A DNA stretch of 64,000 bases, from contig JAZOSP010000071.1 of the NCBI GenBank assembly GCA_045657165.1, positions 15,751 through 79,750 of the forward strand. The letters are read 5' to 3'. Origin of the DNA: Eubacteriales bacterium (GTDB lineage: Bacteria > Bacillota > Clostridia > Oscillospirales > CAG-272). The stretch's first letter is position 1; each line of letters starts with the position of its first letter. This document shows, in pieces, positions 10,651-20,519 of this stretch. Position numbers and translations under genes: made by a program. Under the pieces are notes generated by a model. It ran no database searches and had not been told where the DNA came from. It saw only the letters and a list, made by a program, of their open reading frames with translations.

Positions 10651-11901
10651 ATGAACGCAAAACCATTAGCTGACAGAATGCGCCCCACTACCTTTGACGA
10701 GGTTGCGGGACAGACACATCTTGTAGGCAAAAACGGCATACTGCGCCGTCTTACCGAAAAAAACAGAATACCGAACATGATATTTTACGGTCCTCCCGGT
10801 ACCGGCAAGACCACCGTCGCAAATATTATTGCCACCGCCTCGGGAATGCAGCTATACAAGCTAAACGCTACCACCGCTTCACTCTCGGACGTCAAGGAGG
10901 TAATATCCTCTACCGATAATATGTTCTCCGAGAACGGTACGCTGTTATATCTTGACGAGATACAGTACTTCAACAAAAAACAGCAACAGTCGCTTCTTGA
11001 ATTTATGGAGAACGGCAGACTGACTCTTATTGCATCAACCACGGAGAACCCCTATTACTGCGTTTACAACGCCCTACTCTCGCGCTCGTCGGTTTTTGAA
11101 TTCAAATCGGTTTCCCCTGCCGAGTGCGTGCCGTCACTCAAGCGCGCACTTACGCTTCTTAACAGTGACTTCTCTGACGAAAAGCATGCAGACGACGAGG
11201 TTCTCACGGGTATTGCTTACGCCTGCGGCGGCGACGTAAGAATGAGCATAGGTGTGCTCGAGAATGCATATTACATATCAGGCAAGGAAATAACCGACGA
11301 GGCAGTTAAATCGCTCATCCCGTCAGTTGTCGGTCATTACGACCGCGCCGGCGACGTTCATTACGACCTTTTATCCTGCCTTCAAAAATCAATCAGGGGC
11401 TCAGACCCAGATGCGGCAATCTTCTATCTCGCAAAAATTCTTGCCTCAGGCGACCTTCTCTCTGCGTGTCGCAGGATTCTCGTAATAGCAAACGAGGATA
11501 TCGGCTGCGCCTATCCCATGGCATCTGTAATAGCCTACGCCGCAACGGAGAGCGCCAAGGCAGTAGGTCTGCCGGAGGCTGTAATTCCGCTTGCAAATGC
11601 TGTTGTAACGCTTGCTACCGCCCCAAAATCAAACACTGCTTATATGGCGTATCATGCGGCGTGTGAGGATATTGCAAGGGGACTTGGAAACAGTGTACCG
11701 AAGCATCTTCAAAGCCCGAATTTTGAAGGATATTTATATCCGCATGATTACGAAAACGACTACGTACCGCAGGATTACTTACCGAACGACCTTGTTGGCA
11801 CACACTACTACGAATTTGGAAAAAACAAGACCGAGCAGGCGGCGAAGGCTTACTATGATTTTATTCGCTCAAATCCTAACCCGAAGCATAAAGGGGGCTG
11901 A
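10651..11901 (+). CDS. rarA: replication-associated recombination protein A (RarA/MgsA AAA+ ATPase)
   Basis: It begins PLADRMRPTTFDEVAGQTHL and has Walker [10 protein letters not shown] and Walker B LYLDEIQ. The MgsA C-terminal domain contains SIRGSDPDAAIFYLAK. Confidence 0.9.
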   Translation: MNAKPLADRMRPTTFDEVAGQTHLVGKNGILRRLTEKNRIPNMIFYGPPGTGKTTVANIIATASGMQLYKLNATTASLSDVKEVISSTDNMFSENGTLLYLDEIQYFNKKQQQSLLEFMENGRLTLIASTTENPYYCVYNALLSRSSVFEFKSVSPAECVPSLKRALTLLNSDFSDEKHADDEVLTGIAYACGGDVRMSIGVLENAYYISGKEITDEAVKSLIPSVVGHYDRAGDVHYDLLSCLQKSIRGSDPDAAIFYLAKILASGDLLSACRRILVIANEDIGCAYPMASVIAYAATESAKAVGLPEAVIPLANAVVTLATAPKSNTAYMAYHAACEDIARGLGNSVPKHLQSPNFEGYLYPHDYENDYVPQDYLPNDLVGTHYYEFGKNKTEQAAKAYYDFIRSNPNPKHKGG

Positions 11902-11947
11902 GATTTAGTGCTTTTTCTGCAAAGCGCTACAAAATCGGCAATAAAAC

Positions 11948-11976
11948 TTGACAAATAGAGCATTTTTTGATATAAT
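11948..11976 (+). promoter_or_regulatory. consensus sigma-A promoter upstream of the lipid kinase-comEC pair
   Basis: Perfect TTGACA (11948-11953), a 17-nt spacer, then TATAAT (11971-11976). Confidence 0.65.
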
Positions 11977-12017
11977 TTGTTCTGTAAATCCTTGAACCGT
12001 CGGAGGAAGCTACAATA

Positions 12018-12956
12018 ATGATATACCATTTCATACTTAATCCGAAATCCGGCAACTGTAAAAAGAGAGATATGCTTGAGTTAGCTATAAAGGAGACCTG
12101 TGTTCGCAGGCAGCTCAGCTATCATATATACTACACAACCTGTGCGGGAGATGCTACCGAATACGTTCGCTCGATGGTGCGCATATCGCAGGAGCTGCAG
12201 CGCTTTATCTGTGTGGGCGGCGACGGAACTATCAGCGAGATAGTAAACAGCGCTCCCTCTACTCCGAACGTCGAGTTTGGAGTTATTCCATACGGATCCG
12301 GCAACGATTTTGTGAGAAATTTCACGAATACTAAGCTTTTTTCTGACATAGAGGCTCAAATCGACGGAGAGTCAATGTCGTTCGACCTTATAAAGTGCAA
12401 CGATTATTACTGTGTGAATATGGTAAACATCGGCTTTGACTGCTCGGTTGTGAAGGAAGCCGCAAAGCTTAAAAAGTACAAGCTCGTGACACCCGGACTC
12501 TCGTATATATTCGGTGTCGTCGTCGTTCTCTTCCGAAAATTCGGAACGAGAATGAAGCTAATCTTTGATGACGGCGAGGTTCTTGAGAAGGAATTCACGC
12601 TCACCACCATTGGCAACGGCAAATTCTGCGGTGGCGGCTTCATGGCCTCGCCCAAGGCACTTCTTGATGACGGACTTCTCGATATTTGCGCGATAGACAA
12701 GGTCTCTCGCTTCACGTTTATTAAGCTCGTTGGCTCTTACAAGGCGGGAACGTATCTTGAAAACAAGAGCGCTATGAAGGTGATAAGACACAGACGCGTA
12801 CCACACTTCAAAATGGAATTTGAAGCACCTGTGCCGATTTGTATTGACGGTGAAATAAAGGGCGCTAAGACGATAGATTTCTCCGTAGTCAGAAACGCCT
12901 TCAATTTTGTAATTCCAAAGGGCAGCGAATATAAGTACAAGAAACAAGAGAGCTAA
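12018..12956 (+). CDS. diacylglycerol kinase family lipid kinase (YegS/DagK-like)
   Basis: It has the DAGK catalytic-domain signature VGGDGTISE and GSGNDF, and is 312 aa. The start has a GGAGG RBS and a consensus promoter lies upstream. Confidence 0.8.
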   Translation: MIYHFILNPKSGNCKKRDMLELAIKETCVRRQLSYHIYYTTCAGDATEYVRSMVRISQELQRFICVGGDGTISEIVNSAPSTPNVEFGVIPYGSGNDFVRNFTNTKLFSDIEAQIDGESMSFDLIKCNDYYCVNMVNIGFDCSVVKEAAKLKKYKLVTPGLSYIFGVVVVLFRKFGTRMKLIFDDGEVLEKEFTLTTIGNGKFCGGGFMASPKALLDDGLLDICAIDKVSRFTFIKLVGSYKAGTYLENKSAMKVIRHRRVPHFKMEFEAPVPICIDGEIKGAKTIDFSVVRNAFNFVIPKGSEYKYKKQES

Positions 12957-12961
12957 TACAT

Positions 12962-15196
12962 ATGAATTTATTCGACAAAAGACCACTTGCCTTAATACTT
13001 TGTATTGCGGTAGGTGGCTTTGTCGTTTTTTCTTTCTCCGACACACTGCTACGGTATATCCTTTTAATTTCTTATGCAACACTCGGTCTTTTCAGTCTTC
13101 TTTTTCTCAGAGAACGAAGGCACAAAACCGTTGTCTCGCTTTTATCCGCCGCACTCCTTTTAGCCATGCTTTTCTCGCATATTTATTTCGACCTGTATTT
13201 TAGTGCGGCTGAGAGATTTTCGGGCGAAGCCGAAATTGAAGCTGTGGTTGGCGATATAGAATACACCGACTACAGTGCGACGCTTGAGCTTCATACCCAC
13301 ACTATTAACGGTGAAGCGGCCGACTACCGACTCATCGCAAGAATCGACAAGGCTGATACGATGGAGCTTTCGGTCGGCAGTGTTATCTCATTTACCGCAG
13401 CGCTTGAGGAATTTAACTCTGATAGCAAAAGCTACTATTTCTCACAAGGCTTTTCAGCACGGGTAAGTGAGATAAAGGAGCTGCGCGTGAGCTCGCAGGG
13501 GGAAATTCCTATAGAATCACGCCTTGCGACCGCGCGAGAATGGCTGTTTCGGCGCGCCGCTATGCTCTCGGATTACGATACTGGCGCTTTTGCGGCTGCA
13601 CTACTGCTTGGTGAGCGCTCCTATCTCGATAGCAAGGTAAATCTCGATTTTAAGACGATAGGAATATCGCACATACTAGCGCTCAGCGGTATGCACCTCG
13701 TTATGCTTACCGCCGGCGTCGGATTCCTACTCTCAAGCCTTGGTGTAAGAAAAAAGCCCCGAGTACTTATAACGATGTGCTTCACTCTTGCGTATATGGC
13801 GCTAACAGGCTTTTCTGCAAGTATCATGCGTGCTGGAATAATGCTGATTATCTCCTCGCTTCTCTTTTTACTCTCAAGCGCCCACGACTCTCTCACCTCT
13901 CTTGCTTGCTCGGTAGCCGTTATTCTTATCATTACCCCCTATGCGATATATGACCTCTCGCTGTGGCTCTCGGCAATCGCTACTCTCGGTATTATAGTGT
14001 TCGCAGAGCTAAAGCCGTCCAAAAGAAAAACGAAGAATCCTGCAATAAGGCTTCTTCGCTTCTCGCTCTCCTCGATTATTGCCTCTGTGTTTGCAATCGC
14101 TGCTACCCTGCCGATAACCGCGAGCTTTTTCGGCTCGCTCTCGCCCCTAAGCCCGATTGCAACGCTTATTTTCACCGTACCGATACAAATAATTATGTAT
14201 ATCGGCTCTTTTATGCTCATTTTCGGCGATATAATCCCCTTCGGGTTACTGCTGACGCCGCTGACTCGGGGCACGTGTGCACTTGCCGGCTATATTGCAG
14301 ATATTCCGGGCGCACTCGCATCGACCGACTTTATTGCCGTAAAAATAATCATAGGAATATTAACGACAGTATTTATCCTGTTTGTATTTCTGAAGCTGAG
14401 ACGCAAGCGCGCGTGGGTATGTACAATTCTCGCGCTTTATACGCTTGTTATAGGCACTTCGGTAATGCTCACGGCAATTGCCAAAAGCTATGACGACGTA
14501 GTTTACATACGCGAGGATTCCGCCGACGCCTTCATTATTAAATCCAATTCCGAGATATGTCTTATCGACACCTCGGGCTACAAAACGTCGGTCGCTTACC
14601 AGTGGCTTGACGAGCTATCAAGCCGAAACATAGTAGCGCTCGACAAATACGTACTCACGCACTATTCCCGAAGGCTTCTGACCGCTGTCGATTTGACTCT
14701 CTCAAAAGTTCCCGTAAATGAAATTTGTCTCCCGGCGCCGCAAAATGACGGCGAAGCAGAGCTACTTGTCAGCATTCGTGATATAGCTGACAAACATAAC
14801 ACAACTGTTACCCTGACGGAAATCGGTGATACTCTGAAGGTTGGCAGATTTGAAATCCGCGAATTTTATTCCACACCGTACGGCGAGGGTACGTCAAGGG
14901 TTGGCTTCTCAATACTCGCAAACGGTAAAAAGCATCTCTATCTCTCCTCGGGAATGTACGAGGGTAAAACGAAATCCGCGGCTACCGAAGAGATGGAGAC
15001 AAGCTATGCCATCATCTTTGGAAGCCACGGACAAAAATATTCAGAACAGGTATATTTTGATAAGCGTTTTTCTAAAACTTGGATGATAATTTTAGGCAGT
15101 AACGATCTATATCTCACACCATCGGCACTTGAATACTACGAGTTAAGCGGCGGTGAGGTTTATCACAAGCCTAACAAAACGAGCATTTTAAGGTAA
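12962..15196 (+). CDS. comEC: ComEC/Rec2 family DNA internalization channel protein
   Basis: The protein is 744 aa. It has an N-terminal DUF4131-like OB region and a polytopic competence domain (GISHILALSGMH, SIMRAG). A C-terminal metallo-beta-lactamase-like domain is present with degenerate metal motifs (see findings). Confidence 0.85.
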   Translation: MNLFDKRPLALILCIAVGGFVVFSFSDTLLRYILLISYATLGLFSLLFLRERRHKTVVSLLSAALLLAMLFSHIYFDLYFSAAERFSGEAEIEAVVGDIEYTDYSATLELHTHTINGEAADYRLIARIDKADTMELSVGSVISFTAALEEFNSDSKSYYFSQGFSARVSEIKELRVSSQGEIPIESRLATAREWLFRRAAMLSDYDTGAFAAALLLGERSYLDSKVNLDFKTIGISHILALSGMHLVMLTAGVGFLLSSLGVRKKPRVLITMCFTLAYMALTGFSASIMRAGIMLIISSLLFLLSSAHDSLTSLACSVAVILIITPYAIYDLSLWLSAIATLGIIVFAELKPSKRKTKNPAIRLLRFSLSSIIASVFAIAATLPITASFFGSLSPLSPIATLIFTVPIQIIMYIGSFMLIFGDIIPFGLLLTPLTRGTCALAGYIADIPGALASTDFIAVKIIIGILTTVFILFVFLKLRRKRAWVCTILALYTLVIGTSVMLTAIAKSYDDVVYIREDSADAFIIKSNSEICLIDTSGYKTSVAYQWLDELSSRNIVALDKYVLTHYSRRLLTAVDLTLSKVPVNEICLPAPQNDGEAELLVSIRDIADKHNTTVTLTEIGDTLKVGRFEIREFYSTPYGEGTSRVGFSILANGKKHLYLSSGMYEGKTKSAATEEMETSYAIIFGSHGQKYSEQVYFDKRFSKTWMIILGSNDLYLTPSALEYYELSGGEVYHKPNKTSILR

Positions 15197-15197
15197 C

Positions 15198-16292
15198 TTA
15201 TACGTTAAAGAGGAACTCTACAACGTCGCCGTCCTTCATAACGTACTCCTTGCCCTCGCTACGTAAAAGCCCCTTTTCCTTGACCTTTACTCTGTCGCCC
15301 TCGCGTGACAAATCCTCAAAAGCAACAACCTCGGCACGAATGAATCCGCGCTCGAAGTCGGTGTGAATTTTACCGGCAGCGCCGGGCGCCTTCGTGCCCT
15401 TTTTAATTGTCCATGCGCGCACCTCTTTGGGGCCTGCCGTCAGGAAGCTGATAAGACCGAGAAGCGAGTACCCGGACTTAATTAGCTTATCGAGACCGCT
15501 TTCCTCAATTCCGAGGTCGCCAAGGAAGCTTTCCTTTTCCTCGCCCTCGAGCTCGGCAAGCTCAGCCTCAATCTGCGCGCTGACAGCTATAATCTCACTG
15601 CCCTCGGACGCTGCGTGCGCTTTAAGACGGTTATACCCCTCATTACTTTCATAATCGCCGCCAACCTCGGACTCAGATATATTTGCAACATAAATTATCG
15701 GCTTGAGAGTTAAAAGGCGCGACTCCTCGATAAAGGCACACTCTTCCTCGGAAAGCTCGACGGTGCGGGCGCACTTGCCCGCCTCGAGGGCTGTCTTTAC
15801 CTTTTCGAGCACGGCAAGCTTTTCGAGGAGCTTTTTGTCACTCTTAGCTGCCTTGGTCGTACGCTCGATTGCGCGCTCGACTATTTCAAGGTCAGAGAGT
15901 ATGAGCTCGAGGTTTATCGTTTCAACGTCGCGTATCGGGTCAACAGTCCCCTCAACGTGAATAATGTCACTGCTCTCAAAGCATCTTACAACGTGTACTA
16001 TCGCGTCAACCTCTCGGATATTTGCAAGAAACTTATTGCCAAGCCCCTCACCGCGCGACGCGCCCTTGACAAGACCCGCGATATCTACGAATTCGATTAT
16101 TGCGGGCGTGTATTTATCGGGGTTATACATCTCGGCAAGTCTGTCAAGGCGCTTATCAGGGACCGCGACGACTCCGACGTTCGGGTCAATCGTGCAGAAG
16201 GGGTAGTTTGCCGATTCTGCGCCTGCGTTTGTCAGTGCGTTAAAAAGTGTGCTCTTTCCCACGTTGGGAAGACCTACGATACCAAGTTTCAT
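15198..16292 (-). CDS. ychF: redox-regulated ribosome-binding ATPase YchF
   Basis: The G1 motif is [13 protein letters not shown]. It has a TGS domain at the C-terminus, is 364 aa and is colinear with YchF/OLA1. Confidence 0.95.
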   Translation of the reverse strand: MKLGIVGLPNVGKSTLFNALTNAGAESANYPFCTIDPNVGVVAVPDKRLDRLAEMYNPDKYTPAIIEFVDIAGLVKGASRGEGLGNKFLANIREVDAIVHVVRCFESSDIIHVEGTVDPIRDVETINLELILSDLEIVERAIERTTKAAKSDKKLLEKLAVLEKVKTALEAGKCARTVELSEEECAFIEESRLLTLKPIIYVANISESEVGGDYESNEGYNRLKAHAASEGSEIIAVSAQIEAELAELEGEEKESFLGDLGIEESGLDKLIKSGYSLLGLISFLTAGPKEVRAWTIKKGTKAPGAAGKIHTDFERGFIRAEVVAFEDLSREGDRVKVKEKGLLRSEGKEYVMKDGDVVEFLFNV

Positions 16293-16374
16293 ATGGGTTT
16301 CTCCGTTCTCTTCTGGAAATAATAATATTTAATGGGTTGTTTTCCCAAATTTTATCGAATGTTCATAAAAAGTT

Positions 16375-16403
16375 CTTGACAACATAAAATGTGTCATATA
16401 TAA
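16375..16403 (+). promoter_or_regulatory. consensus sigma-A promoter upstream of the response regulator
   Basis: Perfect TTGACA (16375-16380), a 17-nt spacer, then TATAAT (16398-16403). Confidence 0.65.
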
Positions 16404-16475
16404 TATAATTGTTAAGATTTTAATATTTTTAACAAGGTTAACAATTTCACTCGTTCAAAATCAAGGAGGATTAAA

Positions 16476-17165
16476 ATGGACACGAAGCTGCTGATAGTTG
16501 ACGACGACCCTAATATATGCGATATGCTCAAGCTCTACTTTGAAAACGAGGGCTATAAGGTAAAAACCGCAAACGACGGTGTTGACGGCGTAAATTTCTT
16601 CAAAATCTACGAGCCCGACCTCGTGCTTCTCGACATAATGATGCCAAAAAAGGATGGCTGGCAAGTGTGCCGCGAAATTCGTGAAATCTCTCCGAAGCCC
16701 GTCATAATGATAACCGCAAAGGGCGAGGTCTTCGACAAGGTGCTGGGACTTGAGCTCGGTGCCGACGACTTCATCGTAAAGCCCTTCGATATGAAGGAGC
16801 TTTCGGCAAGAATCAAGGCGGTGCTGCGCCGCTACAACGCACACTCAAAGACGAGCGACGACGAGGTTGTTAAGTTCGAAAATATCGAAATCAGCCTTCA
16901 GAAATACGAGCTAAAGCTTTCCGGAAAGGCTATCGACATTCCCCCGAAGGAGCTTGAGCTGCTCTATTTCCTCGCGTCAAACTGTAACAGAGTCTTTACC
17001 CGCGACCAGCTCCTTGACAAGGTGTGGGGCTTTGACTACCTCGGTGACTCGAGAACCGTTGACGTACACGTAAAGAGGCTTCGTGAGAAGCTTGAGGGTG
17101 TGTCTGACAAGTGGCTTCTCAAAACCGTCTGGGGTGTCGGATACAAATTTGAAACTCTTATATAA
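16476..17165 (+). CDS. OmpR/PhoB-family response regulator (no adjacent histidine kinase)
   Basis: The receiver domain has DD (VDDD), the phospho-acceptor D in LLDIMMP, and K in VKPF. The C-terminal winged-helix reads RVFTRDQLLDKVWG and VDVHVKRLREKL. Confidence 0.9.
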   Translation: MDTKLLIVDDDPNICDMLKLYFENEGYKVKTANDGVDGVNFFKIYEPDLVLLDIMMPKKDGWQVCREIREISPKPVIMITAKGEVFDKVLGLELGADDFIVKPFDMKELSARIKAVLRRYNAHSKTSDDEVVKFENIEISLQKYELKLSGKAIDIPPKELELLYFLASNCNRVFTRDQLLDKVWGFDYLGDSRTVDVHVKRLREKLEGVSDKWLLKTVWGVGYKFETLI

Positions 17166-17173
17166 GCTTTTTT

Positions 17174-17206
17174 CGAGCTCGGCAAAAGCCGAGCTCGTTT
17201 TCTTTT
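17174..17206 (+). terminator. intrinsic terminator after the response regulator gene
   Basis: The 10-bp GC-rich stem is CGAGCTCGGC / GCCGAGCTCG with an AAAA loop, followed by TTTTCTTTT. Confidence 0.8.
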
Positions 17207-19427
17207 AGAAATTAAAGGTAAGCTGACTTAGCGGCGAGCCGGTTGACGGAAGGGCAAGCTTCTTGCATTTAAGCGCGTCCTGTCCTACTTCATCTATACG
17301 GTCGGTAACAAGGTCTATCTTTACTCCCTTTTTCGGCAGCTTCATTATCTGAACGCCCGCCGCAGTTCTCGTGGTTTTCTCCGGTATTAGACTGGATTTA
17401 ATTAACATTCCTCGCCCTGCGTCGCTTCTTATAAATAGATTCACGGGCTTATCACCCTCGTAAACAGCTCCCGCAAGCGGAGAGACAGATGAGTACGCAC
17501 CCGAAATTTTGCGTCTTCTCGATTTAGCCTCGTACGCACCGAGCGACACACGTAGCCCTTTGCCGTTTTCGAAGATGTAGACCATATGGTGCTCGGGCAC
17601 GAGCTCGTATATCATCTTACAGGCAACCACGTGCTCGTCGTCCTCCATCGAGAGCTTCATAGGCACGTAGTCTCCCATCTGCGAGGGCTTTGTCAAATCA
17701 AAGTCATCAACCCTTGCTCGGTATATCTGCCCCTTATCGGTGAAGAAAAGCATGTCACCGCGGTTATCGGTGTCCTCTTGATAAATGACGTAGTCCCCCT
17801 CTTTAAGCTTCTGCTCATCTGCGGCGCGCACCGACTGCATTGAGAGCTTTTTGAAATACCCGCCTCGCGTAAGAATGAGACGGCAATTGTAGTTCTCAAA
17901 GAAAATATCCTTTTTGGGCTCTGCAATAACCTCTTTCTCAACTATAACAGTCCGCCTTGGCTTGGCATATTTCTTTTTAACCTCGGTGAGGGTTGAAATA
18001 ATGCGCGACTTTAGCTTTAACTCGTCCTTGAGGGTTTCCTTTATATCGGCAATCTCCTCACGCAGCTTTTCGATTTCCTGAACGCGGTTGATTATGTACT
18101 GTCGGTTAAGGTTTCTAAGCTTTATCTCGGCTATATATTCTGCCTGAACTTTAGTTAGGTTAAAGCCCTCTGCAAGATTCGGAACGACGTCCTCCTCCTT
18201 TTCGGTGTTGCGTATAATCTTAATTGCCTTGTCAATATCAAGTAAAATGGCGGCAAGCCCGAGTAAAAGATGAAGCTTGTCCTCTTTCTTACCAAGCTCA
18301 AAGGTGAGCTCGCGAGTCACGCATTTAATTCGGAACTTAATCCATTCGGTGAGTATTTCCTTAACGCCGAGCTGCATGGGCGTACCCTCAACGAGAATGT
18401 TGAAGTTGCAGTCAAAGCTGTTTTCAAGCTCAGTACCCGAGAAGAGCTTTTGCATTACAAGCTCGGGATTTGAGTCCTTTTTGAGGTCGTAGGTGAGCTT
18501 GAAGCCGTTAAGGTCGATAGCGTCACGCACGTCGGTAACCTCACGGAGCTTTCCTGCCTTAATCATTTCGGTCGATTTTTTAATAATTGCCTCAATCGAC
18601 GAGGAATAAGGAATTTCAAGAATGTCTATGCAGTTTTCTTTTTTGTTATATTCGTATTTTGCACGCATTTTTACACTGCCGCTGCCGGTCTCGTATATTT
18701 TACGCATAACCTCGCGGTCGTAAATTATTTCAGCGCCGCCCGAAAAATCGGGAGCCTTGATAATATCAAGAAGACGGTCGGTCGTGGTTTTGGGGTTCTT
18801 AAGAAGCGCGATAGTACCGTCGCAAATCTCGCCGAGATTAAACGAGCATATCGAGCACGCCATACCAACGGCAATACCCATGTTGGGTGAAACGAGAATA
18901 TTCGGGAACGTAGTCGGCAAAAGGGTCGGCTCGGTCGTCGTATTGTCGTAGTTCGGGACAAAATCGACCGCATCCTTATCTATGCCTGCAAATAGCTCCT
19001 GACAGATACCGTCAAGCTTTGCCTCGGTATATCTGGCGGCGGCATACGGCATGTCCTTGGGTGAGTAATGCTTGCCGAACGAGCCCTTTGAGTCTATGAA
19101 CGGGTGAAGGAGCGCCTCGTGACCGCGCGTGAGTCGTACCATAGTTTCATATATCGACGCGTCGCCGTGCGGGTGCAGGCGCATGGTTGCGCCCACGATA
19201 TTAGCACTCTTTGAGCGCGGCTTCGTAAGAAGCCCCATGTCGTACATAGTGTAAAGAAGCTTTCTGTGCGACGGCTTGAAGCCATCAATTTCCGGAATAG
19301 CGCGCGAAACGATTACGCTCATCGCGTAAGGCATATAGTTTTTCTCAAGAGTTTCGGTTATCGGCTGTAAAGTGGGCGCCGATTCGTTTTCCATCGGATT
19401 TACTACTGCTTTTTTCTTTTTAGCCAT
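17205..19427 (-). CDS. type IIA topoisomerase subunit A (ParC/GyrA-like, divergent clostridial type)
   Basis: It has KPSHRKLLY and HPHGD, and the catalytic-Tyr context AAARYTEAKL. The protein is 740 aa with a short C-terminal beta-pinwheel region. I cannot assign it to gyrase versus topo IV from sequence alone. Confidence 0.8.
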   Translation of the reverse strand: MAKKKKAVVNPMENESAPTLQPITETLEKNYMPYAMSVIVSRAIPEIDGFKPSHRKLLYTMYDMGLLTKPRSKSANIVGATMRLHPHGDASIYETMVRLTRGHEALLHPFIDSKGSFGKHYSPKDMPYAAARYTEAKLDGICQELFAGIDKDAVDFVPNYDNTTTEPTLLPTTFPNILVSPNMGIAVGMACSICSFNLGEICDGTIALLKNPKTTTDRLLDIIKAPDFSGGAEIIYDREVMRKIYETGSGSVKMRAKYEYNKKENCIDILEIPYSSSIEAIIKKSTEMIKAGKLREVTDVRDAIDLNGFKLTYDLKKDSNPELVMQKLFSGTELENSFDCNFNILVEGTPMQLGVKEILTEWIKFRIKCVTRELTFELGKKEDKLHLLLGLAAILLDIDKAIKIIRNTEKEEDVVPNLAEGFNLTKVQAEYIAEIKLRNLNRQYIINRVQEIEKLREEIADIKETLKDELKLKSRIISTLTEVKKKYAKPRRTVIVEKEVIAEPKKDIFFENYNCRLILTRGGYFKKLSMQSVRAADEQKLKEGDYVIYQEDTDNRGDMLFFTDKGQIYRARVDDFDLTKPSQMGDYVPMKLSMEDDEHVVACKMIYELVPEHHMVYIFENGKGLRVSLGAYEAKSRRRKISGAYSSVSPLAGAVYEGDKPVNLFIRSDAGRGMLIKSSLIPEKTTRTAAGVQIMKLPKKGVKIDLVTDRIDEVGQDALKCKKLALPSTGSPLSQLTFNF

Positions 19428-19431
19428 ATTC

Positions 19432-20493
19432 TCACCGTCTCAAATTTATTATTGTGTGTGCAGCCGCACGGATTAATCTGTTATAAAGCGCAAGACCTAT
19501 TCCCGAGTCACTCGGCAATGGGGCATATATTTTTTCGTATCCCCTCTTGTCAGCCTCGCGAAGAAGATAAAAGAGCTGGTGTGCCTGCTCTGACTCATCG
19601 GAGCGCTCGCCGAGAACGTACAGGTCAGCATGGGGTAGACTCAGAGCGAAAGCCTCCCTGTCGTCAAGATAGCAAAGCACCCCAATACGCGAGTGACCCT
19701 CTGAAAGTATGTAGTCAATGGCAGGATTTGTGTCACCGTCAAGCAAGACGAGCGGAGAGGCGGGCGCGTAATGACGGTATTTCATACCGGGCGAAAGTGC
19801 CACCTCGCCTTTATCGAGGCTACGGGTTACTGCTGCCGCAATCTTCAAGGGCGCAATAGACGATAGCTCATCGGGGGTGATTTTACCGGGGCGAAGAAGA
19901 GTTAGCGACTCATCGTCCTCTATCTTTACGATAGTGGATTCGAGACCTATGTCGCACTCACCACCGTCTATTATCATATCGACCCTCCCCATCATATCGT
20001 CTATGACGTGCGATGCAACCGTAGGCGACGGAGTTCCGGATATGTTCGCAGAGGGGGCTGCGACAGGAACGCCCGATAGCCTAATAAGCTCTCTTGCAAC
20101 CGGGTTTGAGGGACATCTGACCGCTACGGTATCAAGCCCACCGCGAGTTGCCTTGGGTACGCTGTCTTTAGCACGCATAACAACCGTAAGCGGTCCCGGC
20201 ATAAATTTTTCTGCGAGACGATAATACAGCTTACCCGTCGCAGCGTACGCGTCAGCCTCTTCGGGAGCTGATACGTGTATTATCAGAGGATTGTCAGAGG
20301 GCCTTCCCTTCGCTGCATAAATTTTAGAAGCCGCAACGGGATTCGTTCCGTCTGCGCCGAGGCCGTAAACCGTCTCGGTTGGAAAGACGACGAGTCCACC
20401 GTTTTTTATTATCCTCGCGGCGCGACAAATCGCCGAGCGCGAAGACTCGGTATTTATTTCCATCTCGTCAATCCTTGCGATTTCGGTTTTCAT
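19432..20493 (-). CDS. tsaC: L-threonylcarbamoyladenylate synthase (Sua5/YwlC/TsaC, long form with Sua5 domain)
   Basis: The YrdC domain reads GGLVVFPTETVYGLGADG, with APSAN present. The 353-aa length implies a C-terminal Sua5 domain. Confidence 0.9.
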   Translation of the reverse strand: MKTEIARIDEMEINTESSRSAICRAARIIKNGGLVVFPTETVYGLGADGTNPVAASKIYAAKGRPSDNPLIIHVSAPEEADAYAATGKLYYRLAEKFMPGPLTVVMRAKDSVPKATRGGLDTVAVRCPSNPVARELIRLSGVPVAAPSANISGTPSPTVASHVIDDMMGRVDMIIDGGECDIGLESTIVKIEDDESLTLLRPGKITPDELSSIAPLKIAAAVTRSLDKGEVALSPGMKYRHYAPASPLVLLDGDTNPAIDYILSEGHSRIGVLCYLDDREAFALSLPHADLYVLGERSDESEQAHQLFYLLREADKRGYEKIYAPLPSDSGIGLALYNRLIRAAAHTIINLRR

Positions 20494-20519
20494 TATGTCG
20501 CTCCAACTGATTTTGTTTA

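Noticed and set aside
13963-14493. A 176-aa alternative-frame ORF lies on the same strand inside comEC.
   Set aside because: It has an Arg/Cys/Tyr-rich nonsense composition and no RBS. It lies inside the well-supported polytopic competence domain frame.
17174-17197. I considered whether the hairpin after the response regulator also acts as a bidirectional terminator for the parC-like gene.
   Set aside because: On the minus strand the stem is followed by an A-rich, not U-rich, tract. I therefore call it only as the plus-strand terminator. It may still pause minus-strand transcription.
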